A DNA stretch of 64,000 bases from Candidatus Multivoradales bacterium (GTDB taxonomy: Bacteria; Acidobacteriota; Thermoanaerobaculia; Multivoradales; Multivoraceae), in assembly GCA_965223325.1 (NCBI GenBank), contig CBDCWI010000002.1, forward strand, positions 3,584,001 to 3,648,000, given 5' to 3'. This document shows, piece by piece, positions 7,580-19,029 of the stretch (positions within the stretch are counted from its first letter, which is position 1; each line of letters begins with the position of its first letter). The position numbers and the translations under genes were made by a program. The notes under the pieces are model-generated. The model saw nothing but the letters and a program-made list of their open reading frames with translations, did not search any database and was not told where the DNA came from.

Positions 7580-10150
7580 GTGGCCGCAGCACAAGAAGAG
7601 CACCGGGACAGCCGCCCGATCTGTTCGAGCGCGAGCCGTACGGCGCTCGAGCTCGATGCCCTGCTCGAGGTCGTCGCCCAACTGGCCGCCAGCGACCTGG
7701 GAGCGGCGCGGGTGCGCGCGCTCAGCCCTGCCAGTGACCTCGAAGAGGTCGAGCATCGCCACGCGCTGGTGGGCGAGGTGGCTTCGTTGTCTTCCGACGG
7801 CCGACTCGTCGCCGGCATCGAAGAACCCATTGAGCCGCTTTTGGCTTCGGTGCGGCCCGCGATCGACGAGGGTCGCGAGGAGAGCGAGGCCGACGATGGA
7901 ACTGCTAGCGCCGCGCTCCGGCCGAGTCTCGGCGGTCGCGAAATGCTGCTCCTGGCGCGGGCCCTCGCCGAAGTGCTCGCGGCAGGCGAGCGCGTCGAGC
8001 GCCATGCCGAACGCAGTCCGCTACTTGCCGAGCGGGTCGAAGCGGCGAGAACCGCGGGTGATCCGTCTCCGTTCGTAGAACGCGTCGCCGAGGTCCTGGG
8101 CCCGGATGGCGAGGTGCGCGACGATGCGTCGCCACTCCTCCAGTCGCTGCGCAGCGCGGTGCGCTCGCGTCGCGAGCAGGTCTACGAAGCTCTCGGTCGC
8201 TATGCCACGACGCATCGCGACGAGCTCGCCGAAGAAACCCTGAGTTTGCGCGACGGTCGCCTGACCGTGTTGCTGCCGTCTGGGTCGCGTGGTCGACTCC
8301 CCGGCCTGATCCACGGCCGCTCGGGCACCGGGCGTAGCTTCTACTTCGAGCCCCTCGAGACCGTCGAGGCGAACAACGACCTGCAACAGGCGGTCGATGA
8401 CGAGGGGGCCGAGCGCCGCCGTCTGATGGGCGAGTTGCGTGATCTTCTCGACCGGGGCCATGCCGGGATCTACGCCTGGCTGGTGTTGCTCGGTGAACTC
8501 GATGCGCTGGCCGCGATCCACCGGTTCGGCGAACGTTCTCGGGGGCGTTTGGCGGAGCTTGCACCGCGCGGCGCCCTGCGGCTGGTCGGCGCGCGACATC
8601 CGCTGCTCCTGCCGGCGCTCGAAGTCGAACGCCTTGCTGCACTCGGCAACGCCGGCCACACTGGCGACGTGGTGCCGCTCGACCTGGCGCTCGGTGAACC
8701 GCGGGCGCTGGTGATCACCGGGCCCAACGCTGGCGGCAAGACCGTGGCGCTCAAGACGCTGGGCCTTCTGGCGATGGCCAACCAGTGCGGGCTCCCCGTT
8801 CCGGTCGAGGCCGGCACGAGGCTTCCGGCCTTCGAGAAGGTGGTCGCGGTGGTTGGTGACGATCAGGACCTGTTGATGAATCGGTCAACCTTCAGCGGTC
8901 GCCTGTTGCGCCTGCAGGAAGCCTGGGACAGAGCGGGACCTGACAGTTTGATTCTGCTCGATGAGATCGGCTCCGGCACCAACCCCGAGGAGGGCGCCGC
9001 GCTCTCGATCGCCCTCCTCGAAGGCATCTGCGAGAAGGGCGCGCTGGCGATTCTGGTGACCCACCTGACCCAACTGGCCTCGGCCGCCCTCGAGCTTCCT
9101 GCGGCCGGTTGTGCAGCGATGGAGTTCGACAGCGAGTCGGCGCTACCCACCTTTCGCCTACGGGTCGGCCCCCCGGGTGGGAGTGAGGCGCTCGCGCTCG
9201 GACGCCGCCTGGGGCTCTCCGAGCGGTGGCTCGCGCGGGCCGATGCCCTTTTAGGGAGCGAGCATCGGGAGCTCCGCGGGTTGCTGCGCGAAGTCGAACG
9301 GTCACGGGACGAATCGCGCGCCCTCGAGGAACAACATCGAGCCGCGCTCCTCGACCAGGAGAAGCTCAATCAGCGCCTGGCCGATGAACACAACGAGGCC
9401 AGAAAGCAGAAGGCTGAGCTACGCGGGCGCGTGCAGGCAAGCCTCACGACTCTTCGACAGGAGGTGCGTAGACGTCTCGACGAGGAGAGTGTGCGACTGG
9501 CCGAGGGGGCCAGGGCGAGCGCCGCCGAGCGGCAGATCAAGGCACCGAAAGCGTCTCGCTCGAGGGCGAAGGTGGCCGAGTCGGTCGCGCGGGTGCTCGA
9601 CGTTCCCGAAGTTTCGGAGCTCGAGGTCTTGACCGAACCCGAAGAGCCGGAGGCACCCGCCCGCCCGCCCGAGGTTGGCGATTCAGTGCGACACGTGAGC
9701 CTGGGTTGGTGCGGAACACTCGAGAAAATCGACGGCGACCGCGCGACCGTGATGGCCGGCGGTAAAACCGTTCGCTGTCGCCTCGAGGAACTGGCTCTCG
9801 ACGGACAGCCCGGGGCGCCACTGCGGGGCTCGGTGAGAACGGCGAGCGCGCGGCCGAAGCGGGCGGCCGGCCACAAGAGCCGCGACTCCTCTTCCACCGA
9901 GGCCCCGTCGGAGCTCAAGCTGTTGGGAAAGCGCGTCGACCCGGCGCTGGACGAGCTCGACGGCTGGCTCGATCGTGCAATGTTGGCTGGCATGGAGCGC
10001 GGCCGGGTGGTGCACGGGTTCGGCACCGGTGCGCTGCGTAGAGCAGTGCGCGAACACCTGCGCGGCCACCATGCGGTCAAGAGCTTCGAGCGTGCACCGC
10101 AGAATCAGGGCGGCGACGGCGCCACCCTGGTGACCTTTCGAGACATCTAA
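7580..10150 (+). CDS. mutS2: Endonuclease MutS2 with C-terminal Smr domain
   Basis: Walker A ITGPNAGGKT, STFSG, LLDEIGSGTNPEEGAAL, KOW-like region, Smr motifs VVHGFGTGALR and GGDGAT. Confidence 0.95.
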   Translation: MAAAQEEHRDSRPICSSASRTALELDALLEVVAQLAASDLGAARVRALSPASDLEEVEHRHALVGEVASLSSDGRLVAGIEEPIEPLLASVRPAIDEGREESEADDGTASAALRPSLGGREMLLLARALAEVLAAGERVERHAERSPLLAERVEAARTAGDPSPFVERVAEVLGPDGEVRDDASPLLQSLRSAVRSRREQVYEALGRYATTHRDELAEETLSLRDGRLTVLLPSGSRGRLPGLIHGRSGTGRSFYFEPLETVEANNDLQQAVDDEGAERRRLMGELRDLLDRGHAGIYAWLVLLGELDALAAIHRFGERSRGRLAELAPRGALRLVGARHPLLLPALEVERLAALGNAGHTGDVVPLDLALGEPRALVITGPNAGGKTVALKTLGLLAMANQCGLPVPVEAGTRLPAFEKVVAVVGDDQDLLMNRSTFSGRLLRLQEAWDRAGPDSLILLDEIGSGTNPEEGAALSIALLEGICEKGALAILVTHLTQLASAALELPAAGCAAMEFDSESALPTFRLRVGPPGGSEALALGRRLGLSERWLARADALLGSEHRELRGLLREVERSRDESRALEEQHRAALLDQEKLNQRLADEHNEARKQKAELRGRVQASLTTLRQEVRRRLDEESVRLAEGARASAAERQIKAPKASRSRAKVAESVARVLDVPEVSELEVLTEPEEPEAPARPPEVGDSVRHVSLGWCGTLEKIDGDRATVMAGGKTVRCRLEELALDGQPGAPLRGSVRTASARPKRAAGHKSRDSSSTEAPSELKLLGKRVDPALDELDGWLDRAMLAGMERGRVVHGFGTGALRRAVREHLRGHHAVKSFERAPQNQGGDGATLVTFRDI

Positions 10151-10279
10151 GGGGCCCGCGTTGGCGGGCGGGCCCTGGTTCCATGCGCGGCACGGCGCTG
10201 CTACGGTTGACGTTTCCCCGTTGTCTTCCCTGAACCGCCGCTCCTCGTGAGCTGCGCCTTTCGGAAACCCGTTGCTTTG

Positions 10280-12103
10280 ATGAACGATCCGATCGACTGG
10301 ACCGAAGGCTTCAAGCAGGCCGTTCGCGATGCGATCGATATCGCCGACCTCGCCAAAGACCTGACGCGCCTCGAAGAGCGCGGCGGCCGCTGGGTCGGTC
10401 TGTGTCCGTTTCACGAAGAGAAGACGCCGTCGTTCAGCGTCGATCCCGAGAAGGGGCTCTACTATTGCCACGGTTGTGGAGCGGGCGGCGACGCCATCAA
10501 GTTCCATATGGAAACCACCGGCGAAGACTTCAAGGAAGCGATGGAGTCGCTTGCCGGGCGCTACGGCATCCCCATTCCGCGTCGCAATCCAAAGAGCAAG
10601 GCCGAGATCGATCTGGCAAGGGCGCTCACCGAGGCACAGAAGTTCTTTGTACGCGAAATGGGGCGGTCGCGGCTGGCGACGACCTATCTCGAGCAGCGAG
10701 AGATCACGACCGACTTGATCGAGACCTACGGGGTGGGGTTTGCCCCCGACGAGTGGCAGCAGCTCACCGAAGAGCTGCAGAAGAACGTGCCGCTCGAAGC
10801 GCTGATCGGGTCTGGTCTGGTGGGACGATCGAAGAAGTCGGGGCGCCCCTACGACCGTTTTCGCAATCGACTGATGTTTCCCATTCACGATCCAGGTGGC
10901 CGCCTGGTGGGATTCGGTGGCCGCACGTTGGGCGACGACAAGGCGAAGTACGTGAACACTTCGGAGACCGTGGCCTTTCGAAAGAAGCACCTTCTGTACG
11001 GTTTCCACCGGGCCCGCCCCGAGGCCCGCAAGGCTGGCCAGATCGTTCTAGTCGAGGGCTACTTCGACGTCCTGGGGGCGGTCGCTTCGGGTGTCACCAA
11101 TGTCGTCGCCAGTATGGGCACCGCACTCACCGGGCAGCAAGTCGGTCTGCTCGAGCGCCTCGCTCCCGTTGTCGTCATCGGCTACGACGGCGACCGCGCC
11201 GGCAACGAGGCCTGCCGCAAGGTTCTAGGCCCTCTACTCGCGCGCGGCCTCGTCGTTCGACGGGCGCGCTTTCCCGCGGGACAGGATCCCGACTCGCTGC
11301 GGCTCGAAGAAGGCCCTGAAGCAGTGCGCGAGGCGGTCACAGAGGCGCCCGATGCCCTCGAACTCGAAATCGACCAGTTGCCCGCCGACGTCGCCAACGA
11401 TCCGCCGCGTGCTGCTGCAGCTGCTCTCGAGGTGCGCCAGCTCCTGCGTCCGGTTCGCGACGACGTCCTGCGCTACGGCTGGACCCGGCGCGCCGCCGAA
11501 CGCCTCGGCCTTCCCGAGGACGTTCTTCGCAAGAGCGTTGAACAAGTTGACGATGGTTCCGAGGGGCGCCCGGCGATGAGCGATTCGCGGGTCCGGCGCC
11601 GACCGCGCATGGAGGCCGAGATCGTTTCTCTCGAGGAGGGCGTGTTGCTCCAGTTCCTACGCCTCGACGAAGCGGGGCTCGAGCATCCGCCGACAGAGCT
11701 TCTCCCGCCGGCCGGGGCGTTCCTCAAAGAAGGCTGGAGAAAGCTCTACGAGGTCTACCTGGACCTGCGCCAGTCACAACCGGCGAGAGACTTGGGTTAC
11801 GCCGAGGAACTCAACCGCCGATCCCAGGAACGCCGGGCCGGTGGCCCAGACATTGACCTCACCGCGCGCCTTTTGCGAGAATCCTCGACTCACCTCAATG
11901 AGTCACAGCTTCGCCGCGACCTGGGCGAGCTCTCGGCGCGCTTTAGGAAGCGCCGCCGTCAGGAGCTTGCACGGGCCATGGCGGAGGCCCAGCGAGAAGG
12001 GGACCAGGACCGTCTCGACCATCTGGTCGAGGAAATCACGGCTCTCAGGCGCCCCCTCCCGCCGTCCGAGGATTCTGGTGTGGAGAGTCAGGGAGAGGGA
12101 TAG
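10280..12103 (+). CDS. dnaG: DNA primase
   Basis: CHC2 zinc finger CPFHEEKTPSF...CHGC, DRFRNRLMFPI, KYVNTSET, TOPRIM VEGYFDV and YDGDRAG. Confidence 0.96.
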   Translation: MNDPIDWTEGFKQAVRDAIDIADLAKDLTRLEERGGRWVGLCPFHEEKTPSFSVDPEKGLYYCHGCGAGGDAIKFHMETTGEDFKEAMESLAGRYGIPIPRRNPKSKAEIDLARALTEAQKFFVREMGRSRLATTYLEQREITTDLIETYGVGFAPDEWQQLTEELQKNVPLEALIGSGLVGRSKKSGRPYDRFRNRLMFPIHDPGGRLVGFGGRTLGDDKAKYVNTSETVAFRKKHLLYGFHRARPEARKAGQIVLVEGYFDVLGAVASGVTNVVASMGTALTGQQVGLLERLAPVVVIGYDGDRAGNEACRKVLGPLLARGLVVRRARFPAGQDPDSLRLEEGPEAVREAVTEAPDALELEIDQLPADVANDPPRAAAAALEVRQLLRPVRDDVLRYGWTRRAAERLGLPEDVLRKSVEQVDDGSEGRPAMSDSRVRRRPRMEAEIVSLEEGVLLQFLRLDEAGLEHPPTELLPPAGAFLKEGWRKLYEVYLDLRQSQPARDLGYAEELNRRSQERRAGGPDIDLTARLLRESSTHLNESQLRRDLGELSARFRKRRRQELARAMAEAQREGDQDRLDHLVEEITALRRPLPPSEDSGVESQGEG

Positions 12104-12166
12104 AAGGAATCCAGTGGCGCCGCGGTCCCAACGCAGCGCCCAAGCTAGCGAGGTTCGAATCTAGAT

Positions 12167-13870
<1,704 letters not shown>

Positions 13871-13923
13871 CCGGGGGGCTCGGAAGCGCGAGGAGCGAGG
13901 CAGCTGATCCAGCCTCACCTCGA

Positions 13924-13952
13924 TTGACAGAACACGCCCGACGTCATACCGT
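13924..13952 (+). promoter_or_regulatory. Sigma70 promoter of tRNA-Asn
   Basis: TTGACA (13924-13929), 17 nt, TACCGT (13947-13952), about 40 nt upstream of the tRNA. Confidence 0.6.
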
Positions 13953-13994
13953 ATCGGCCGCTCCTTCACCGGAGCGACAGGTAGAGAAGTCCGT

Positions 13995-14069
13995 TCCTCG
14001 GTAGCTCAATGGTAGAGCATTCGGCTGTTAACCGAAGGGTTGGGGGTTCAAGTCCCTCCCGAGGAGCCA
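13995..14069 (+). tRNA. tRNA-Asn (GTT)
   Basis: TCCTCGGTAGCTCAATGGTAGAGCATTCGGCT-GTT-AACCGAAGGGTTGGGGGTTCAAGTCCCTCCCGAGGAGCCA, with encoded CCA. Confidence 0.96.
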
Positions 14070-14107
14070 TCCTCCCTGCACCGTCCTCGAAGGACCGTGC
14101 TTTCGCT

Positions 14108-15220
14108 TCACCGGCGACCCAGGGCGCGTTCATAGAGTTGTTCGTGCTGTTCGACTTCACGCTCGATCGAGTAGGCACTCTCGATGCGCTGGCGCGCCCT
14201 CTGGCCAATCTCGGCGCGATGCTTCGGGTTCGAGGCCAGTGCGGCGAGGTGTGCGGCGAGCGCCTGGTGATCGCCGAAAGGAAAGAGCAACGCGTGGCCG
14301 TCGCCAGCGATGTCCTGGCAGCCGCCAACCTCGGTGGTGATGCAGGCTTTTCCTGCGGCCATCGCTTCGAGGAGGGCAACCGGACTGCCTTCGGACTCAC
14401 TGGCAAGGACGGCGATGTCACATTCGGCGAGCAGTGCCGGAACGTTGGTGACCTTGCCGAGAAAGTACACTCGCGAGGCCAGGCCGAGCTCTTCGACCAG
14501 GGACCGCAAAGCCGTGACGTAGTCCTCGTCGGTGACAGATCCGGCGAGCAGTAGATGGACGCCGGGAACTTCGGCCAGCGCTCTCAAGATGGTCGGATGG
14601 TCTTTGCGCGGCAGAAGCTGGGCAACAGAAACACAGACCACTGCCTCGTCTGGTATTCCTCGCGGCCGCCTGAAGTTCTCATAAAGCCGCTCGGCGGGCC
14701 GGTAGCGGTCCGTTTCGACTCCGCGCTCGAGAAGGGTGGTCTTTTGAGCGAGTGTGCGAGCGCTGAAGAAGCGCTCGAGCATGACGCGGTTCTGGGCGGC
14801 GATCGCGGTGGCAAGGCTAGAACGCAGAGTCCAGGCGTTCGAGCCCCAGCTCATGTTCTTCTTGGTGAACACCCAGGCACGAGCACCGGCGGCACGGGCG
14901 ATCAGGGGCTCGGTGTAGTCGTCGGCATAGTGGAAGGAGTGCCAGAGGTCGAAGCCGTGGTTCTTGAAACTCTGGGCGCCCTGGCGCACTCGCAGCGGCA
15001 GAGTCAGGTAGGGCCTGGCGGCGACCGTGGTTGGAGAAACCAGGAGCGGGATGTCCAGTTCACGAACGAAGTTGCAGAGGGTTCCACCCCGGCGGCTGAC
15101 ACAGATCGTCGGAGAGAAGCGCTCGCGATCGAGTCGGCGCGCGATGTTGAGCATCGCCCAGCCGGAACCGGCGGTATCGAAGTTCGGAATCGTGAAAAGG
15201 ATTCTGGCGGGGGCGGTCAT
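14108..15220 (-). CDS. Glycosyltransferase family 4 (GT-B)
   Basis: RKDH and EGSPVALLEAMAAG (EX7E) motifs; start ATG 15220 overlaps the asnB stop (ATGA). Confidence 0.9.
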   Translation of the reverse strand: MTAPARILFTIPNFDTAGSGWAMLNIARRLDRERFSPTICVSRRGGTLCNFVRELDIPLLVSPTTVAARPYLTLPLRVRQGAQSFKNHGFDLWHSFHYADDYTEPLIARAAGARAWVFTKKNMSWGSNAWTLRSSLATAIAAQNRVMLERFFSARTLAQKTTLLERGVETDRYRPAERLYENFRRPRGIPDEAVVCVSVAQLLPRKDHPTILRALAEVPGVHLLLAGSVTDEDYVTALRSLVEELGLASRVYFLGKVTNVPALLAECDIAVLASESEGSPVALLEAMAAGKACITTEVGGCQDIAGDGHALLFPFGDHQALAAHLAALASNPKHRAEIGQRARQRIESAYSIEREVEQHEQLYERALGRR

Positions 15221-17103
15221 GACCTTGCCGTTCCGTTGGGCAGGTGCTCGTCGGCCCACCACTGCAACGACAAAAGGGTCCACAGTCCCCACTTGTCGTT
15301 GCTTCTACCTGCTAGATGGTCGTGCCAGTAGCGCTTGATCTCGTTGGTCTCGAAAAGGCCGCCCGGAAACAGGTCACGGCCGAGGAGGGTTGCTTCGGCG
15401 CGCTCGCGCAAGGGGCCTTTGAGCCACTCGCCAAGAGGCACTGCGAAGCCGCGCTTGGCGGTCGGGATGGACTCTCTTGGGATGTGCTCTTCGAGGAGTG
15501 AGCGCAAGAGCTGCTTGCGCGTCCCGCCGGCTACATGCCGAAGCGGATCGATGGCGAGACTGGCGTCGATGACCTCACGGTCGAGCAGAGGAACCCGCAC
15601 CTCCAGGCTGTGAAACATCGACGCCATGTCGACCTTCTTCAAGCAGCGCTGCATCTGGCCGTAGTACTCGGCCTTTCGCGCGTAGACGGCGAGGTTGCGT
15701 TCGTCCTCGTAGCCCGCAAAGTCGTAGATCTCGAGCTCTAGAGGCAAGGGCTCTGCAGCAAGCGCGGGTGAGAGGCGCTCGAGCGCCGGAGACTGGAGGC
15801 GCGAGTTGACCTGCAGGTAGTACTCAGCCGGGCTTCGGTGGGTGATGACGTCCGAGCGCTCTTCGAACGGTCCGTAGCGCCCGGATGCGTAGAGCGCCAG
15901 TCGAACCGGACGGGGCCAGCGAAAGTCACGCCCGTTTCTGAGCAGAGAGAGTGGCCGTTCGTAGCCGAAGAACAATTCGTCACCGCCGTCGCCACTCAGG
16001 CAGACGGTGACCCGGTCGCGGGCCAGACGGCTCACCATGAGGGTTGGCAGGATCGAGAAGTCGGCGAAAGGTTCGTGCTGTGCACCGACAACGTCAGAGA
16101 CCACACCGTCCAGGTCGCTGTCGGTGGTGTTTTCGATCACGTGATCGAGTCCGAGGGTTTGGGCGTAGGAAGCAGCGGTGGCCGCTTCGTCTTGTGCCCA
16201 CCCTGGACTGCCGATGGTGAAGGCCTGCAAGCGCTCACAGCGACCGTCGCGCGCGTAGGCGCTCACCAGAGTCGAGTCGATACCTCCCGAAAGAAACACC
16301 CCCACCGGAACGTCTGCCACCAGCTGACGGCGTACCGCACCTGTGATCGACTCGCGCACTCGGTCGATTTCCCCTTCGTTGACCGAGACCTCGCCCTGGT
16401 GCTGCGGCAGGCCCCACCAGGAGCCGTGGGTAGACTTCCCGTCGCTGCGGACCTCGAGGAAGTGACCGGGCTCGAGCTGGAAGGTGTGTTCAAAGAGACC
16501 CAGAGGCGGTGGAATGTGATGGAGCTGCAGGTACAAGCGCAGGACGTCGTGGCGCAGGCTGAGCTCCGGTAGCGCCGGTGTTCGAAGCAGCGCGTTGAAC
16601 TGCGAGGCAAAAGAAACCGCACCGGTTGCTGGATGGCGTGAGTAGTACAGCGGTTTGATGCCCGCATGGTCGCGCGCCAGCAGTAGGCGTTCTTCCTCTC
16701 GGTCGTAGTAGGCGAAGGCGAACATTCCGTTGAGGCGCTCGAGAGCGGCGCGGTTCCACAGCGTCAAGGCTTCAAGGAGCACTTCGCTGTCGGAGCGCGA
16801 CCGGAAACGAATACCCTGCGCTTCGAGTTCGGCACGTAGCTCGCGCCAGTTGTAGATCTCTCCGTTGAAAACCAGGACGCCGCGGTCGTTCTCCGACACC
16901 ATCGGCTGGTGACCTGCATCGCTGAGGTCGAGGATCGCGAGCCTTCTAAAGCCCAGTTGAAGATGGCCCCCAGGGTCTTCCCAGAAGCCCTGGTCGTCGG
17001 GGCCGCGTCGCCCCATCAGCTGTGCCATCTCGAAAACCGCACGCCGGTACTCGGGCTGCGAGGCAGCAGCATCCATGGTGTAGATTCCCGAGATTCCGCA
17101 CAT
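15217..17103 (-). CDS. asnB: Asparagine synthase (glutamine-hydrolysing)-family amidotransferase
   Basis: N-terminal MCGISG Ntn cysteine, RGPD, RRLAILDL, FNGEIYN, FLSGGIDS, SGDGGDELFFGY, SLEVRVPLLD. Confidence 0.93.
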   Translation of the reverse strand: MCGISGIYTMDAAASQPEYRRAVFEMAQLMGRRGPDDQGFWEDPGGHLQLGFRRLAILDLSDAGHQPMVSENDRGVLVFNGEIYNWRELRAELEAQGIRFRSRSDSEVLLEALTLWNRAALERLNGMFAFAYYDREEERLLLARDHAGIKPLYYSRHPATGAVSFASQFNALLRTPALPELSLRHDVLRLYLQLHHIPPPLGLFEHTFQLEPGHFLEVRSDGKSTHGSWWGLPQHQGEVSVNEGEIDRVRESITGAVRRQLVADVPVGVFLSGGIDSTLVSAYARDGRCERLQAFTIGSPGWAQDEAATAASYAQTLGLDHVIENTTDSDLDGVVSDVVGAQHEPFADFSILPTLMVSRLARDRVTVCLSGDGGDELFFGYERPLSLLRNGRDFRWPRPVRLALYASGRYGPFEERSDVITHRSPAEYYLQVNSRLQSPALERLSPALAAEPLPLELEIYDFAGYEDERNLAVYARKAEYYGQMQRCLKKVDMASMFHSLEVRVPLLDREVIDASLAIDPLRHVAGGTRKQLLRSLLEEHIPRESIPTAKRGFAVPLGEWLKGPLRERAEATLLGRDLFPGGLFETNEIKRYWHDHLAGRSNDKWGLWTLLSLQWWADEHLPNGTARS

Positions 17104-17366
17104 TTCTGAGATGTTATCAGAGGGCCCCCCCGGCCCAGGCCAGTGTCGGAACCCAAGAGGCGCGACCACGCCCCGGCTCTCGCTCGCGCGCCTCGGAGCA
17201 ATGGTCGCAGACTCCGTCGACGTTGCACGTTGCGCCCCAGGGCGCCCCCTCCGGGAAGCCCGCAAACAGAGCTCAACTGGAGGTCGGCGCTGCTATTCTT
17301 TGCGCGCCCTCCGCTGCCTTGCTCGTGGGGTTTCCATCCAATGCCTACGATCCGCAGGAGCCCGCG

Positions 17367-18965
17367 ATGACCGCTCTCGCTCATCCCCCAAAGAACGTCC
17401 TGGATTTCCACCCTGACGGGATCTACCGCAACCTCGCGCCTGCGGCGCTCTACGAGCACGCCATACGGCGCGGTGAAGCCATGGTTGCCGATGGCGGGCC
17501 GCTCGTGGCAACCACCGGCGAGCACACCGGCAGGTCGCCAAAGGATCGCTTCATCGTGCGCCGCGACAACGACGAAAAGGGGCGTCTGGCCATCGACTGG
17601 GGCGCAGTCAACCAACCCTGCACCGCGGAAGCTTTCGACTGCATGTTCGAGAAGGTGCAGGAGTTCGTCGCTGGGCGCGAGATGTACAGCTTCGAGGGCT
17701 ACGCCGGCGCGGACCCGGCGAGTCGCATCAAAGTTCGGGTTCTCACCGAGTACGCATGGCACTCGCTCTTCGCCCACAACATGTTCTTGCGCGAAGACGA
17801 CCCCGCGAAGCTGGTGGACTTCGAGCCTGATTTCACGGTCATTGACACACCGTCGGTGCGCGCCGATCATGAAGCGCTCGGGCTCAACAGCCCGACCTAT
17901 GTGCTCGTGGACCTCGATCGACACCTGGTCTTGATTGGCGGCACTGAGTACGCCGGCGAGATCAAGAAGAGCATTTTCGGGGTGATGAACTGGCGACTGC
18001 CCCATGGCGATGTCCTCAGCATGCACTGCAGTGCCAACTACGGCGAGTCCAGAGACGACGTCGCCCTGTTCTTCGGGCTGTCGGGTACCGGCAAGACGAC
18101 CCTTTCCTCGGCTCCCAACCGCACCCTCATCGGTGACGACGAACACGGTTGGAACGATGAGGGAGTGTTCAATATCGAAGGGGGGTGCTACGCCAAGGTC
18201 ATTCGCCTCGACCCCGAGGCCGAACCGGCGATCTACGAGACAACCCGCACCTTCGGCACGGTGCTCGAGAATGTCGTCGCCGATCTCGACACCCGAAAGC
18301 TCGACCTCAACGACGATCGCTACACCGAAAACACACGCTCGAGCTACCCGTTGACACACCTCGAGAATGTCGACCTGGGGGGTGTCGCAGGTCACCCGCG
18401 TCAGGTGATCTTTTTGACCTGCGACGCCTTCGGGGTGCTACCGCCGGTTAGCGTGCTGGATGAGTCGCAGGCGATGTACCACTTTCTCTCGGGCTACACC
18501 GCCAAGGTCGCCGGCACCGAGCGCGGAGTCACCGAGCCGCAGGCCACCTTCTCGGCGTGCTTCGGTGCGCCTTTTATGCCGCTTGCCCCCGGGGTGTACG
18601 CGAAGCTGCTCGGCGAGAAGGTCAAGGCACACAACGCGGCGGTCTACCTGATCAACACCGGCTGGACGGCCGGCCCGCATGGCACGGGCCATCGCATCTC
18701 GCTGGCGGCAACGCGACGCATCGTCGAGGCGGCGCTGTCGGGTGAGCTGGTGGGTGCCGAGACGAGACGCCACCCAATCTTTGGTCTCGCCATGCCGACC
18801 GCCATTGCAGGAGTCGACAGCAACCTCCTCGACCCGCGTCGGACCTGGGCCGACCCAGCGCAGTACGACGAGCACGCCGGGCAGCTTGCCGGGATGTTTC
18901 GCGACAACTTCCGCCAGTTCGAGGGCACGGTCGCAGACACCGTGACCGCTGCCGGGCCGGTCTGA
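17367..18965 (+). CDS. pckA: Phosphoenolpyruvate carboxykinase (ATP)
   Basis: TGRSPKD, YAGEIKKS, MHCSAN, FFGLSGTGKTTLS, IGDDEHGW, NIEGGCYAK; AGGAG SD before ATG 17367. Confidence 0.96.
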   Translation: MTALAHPPKNVLDFHPDGIYRNLAPAALYEHAIRRGEAMVADGGPLVATTGEHTGRSPKDRFIVRRDNDEKGRLAIDWGAVNQPCTAEAFDCMFEKVQEFVAGREMYSFEGYAGADPASRIKVRVLTEYAWHSLFAHNMFLREDDPAKLVDFEPDFTVIDTPSVRADHEALGLNSPTYVLVDLDRHLVLIGGTEYAGEIKKSIFGVMNWRLPHGDVLSMHCSANYGESRDDVALFFGLSGTGKTTLSSAPNRTLIGDDEHGWNDEGVFNIEGGCYAKVIRLDPEAEPAIYETTRTFGTVLENVVADLDTRKLDLNDDRYTENTRSSYPLTHLENVDLGGVAGHPRQVIFLTCDAFGVLPPVSVLDESQAMYHFLSGYTAKVAGTERGVTEPQATFSACFGAPFMPLAPGVYAKLLGEKVKAHNAAVYLINTGWTAGPHGTGHRISLAATRRIVEAALSGELVGAETRRHPIFGLAMPTAIAGVDSNLLDPRRTWADPAQYDEHAGQLAGMFRDNFRQFEGTVADTVTAAGPV

Positions 18966-19029
18966 GGGAAGCAGGCAATAGGGGTTAAGCTGCGGTCTCC
19001 TGAGAACAGACTTTTGGAGAGCGCAGGCG

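Noticed and set aside
10151-10178. GC-rich hairpin after mutS2
   Set aside because: It has no U-tract and no second copy was seen, so it cannot be supported as a terminator or REP.
14009-14554. ORFs overlapping tRNA-Asn
   Set aside because: They are translations of the tRNA sequence and the antisense of the GT4.
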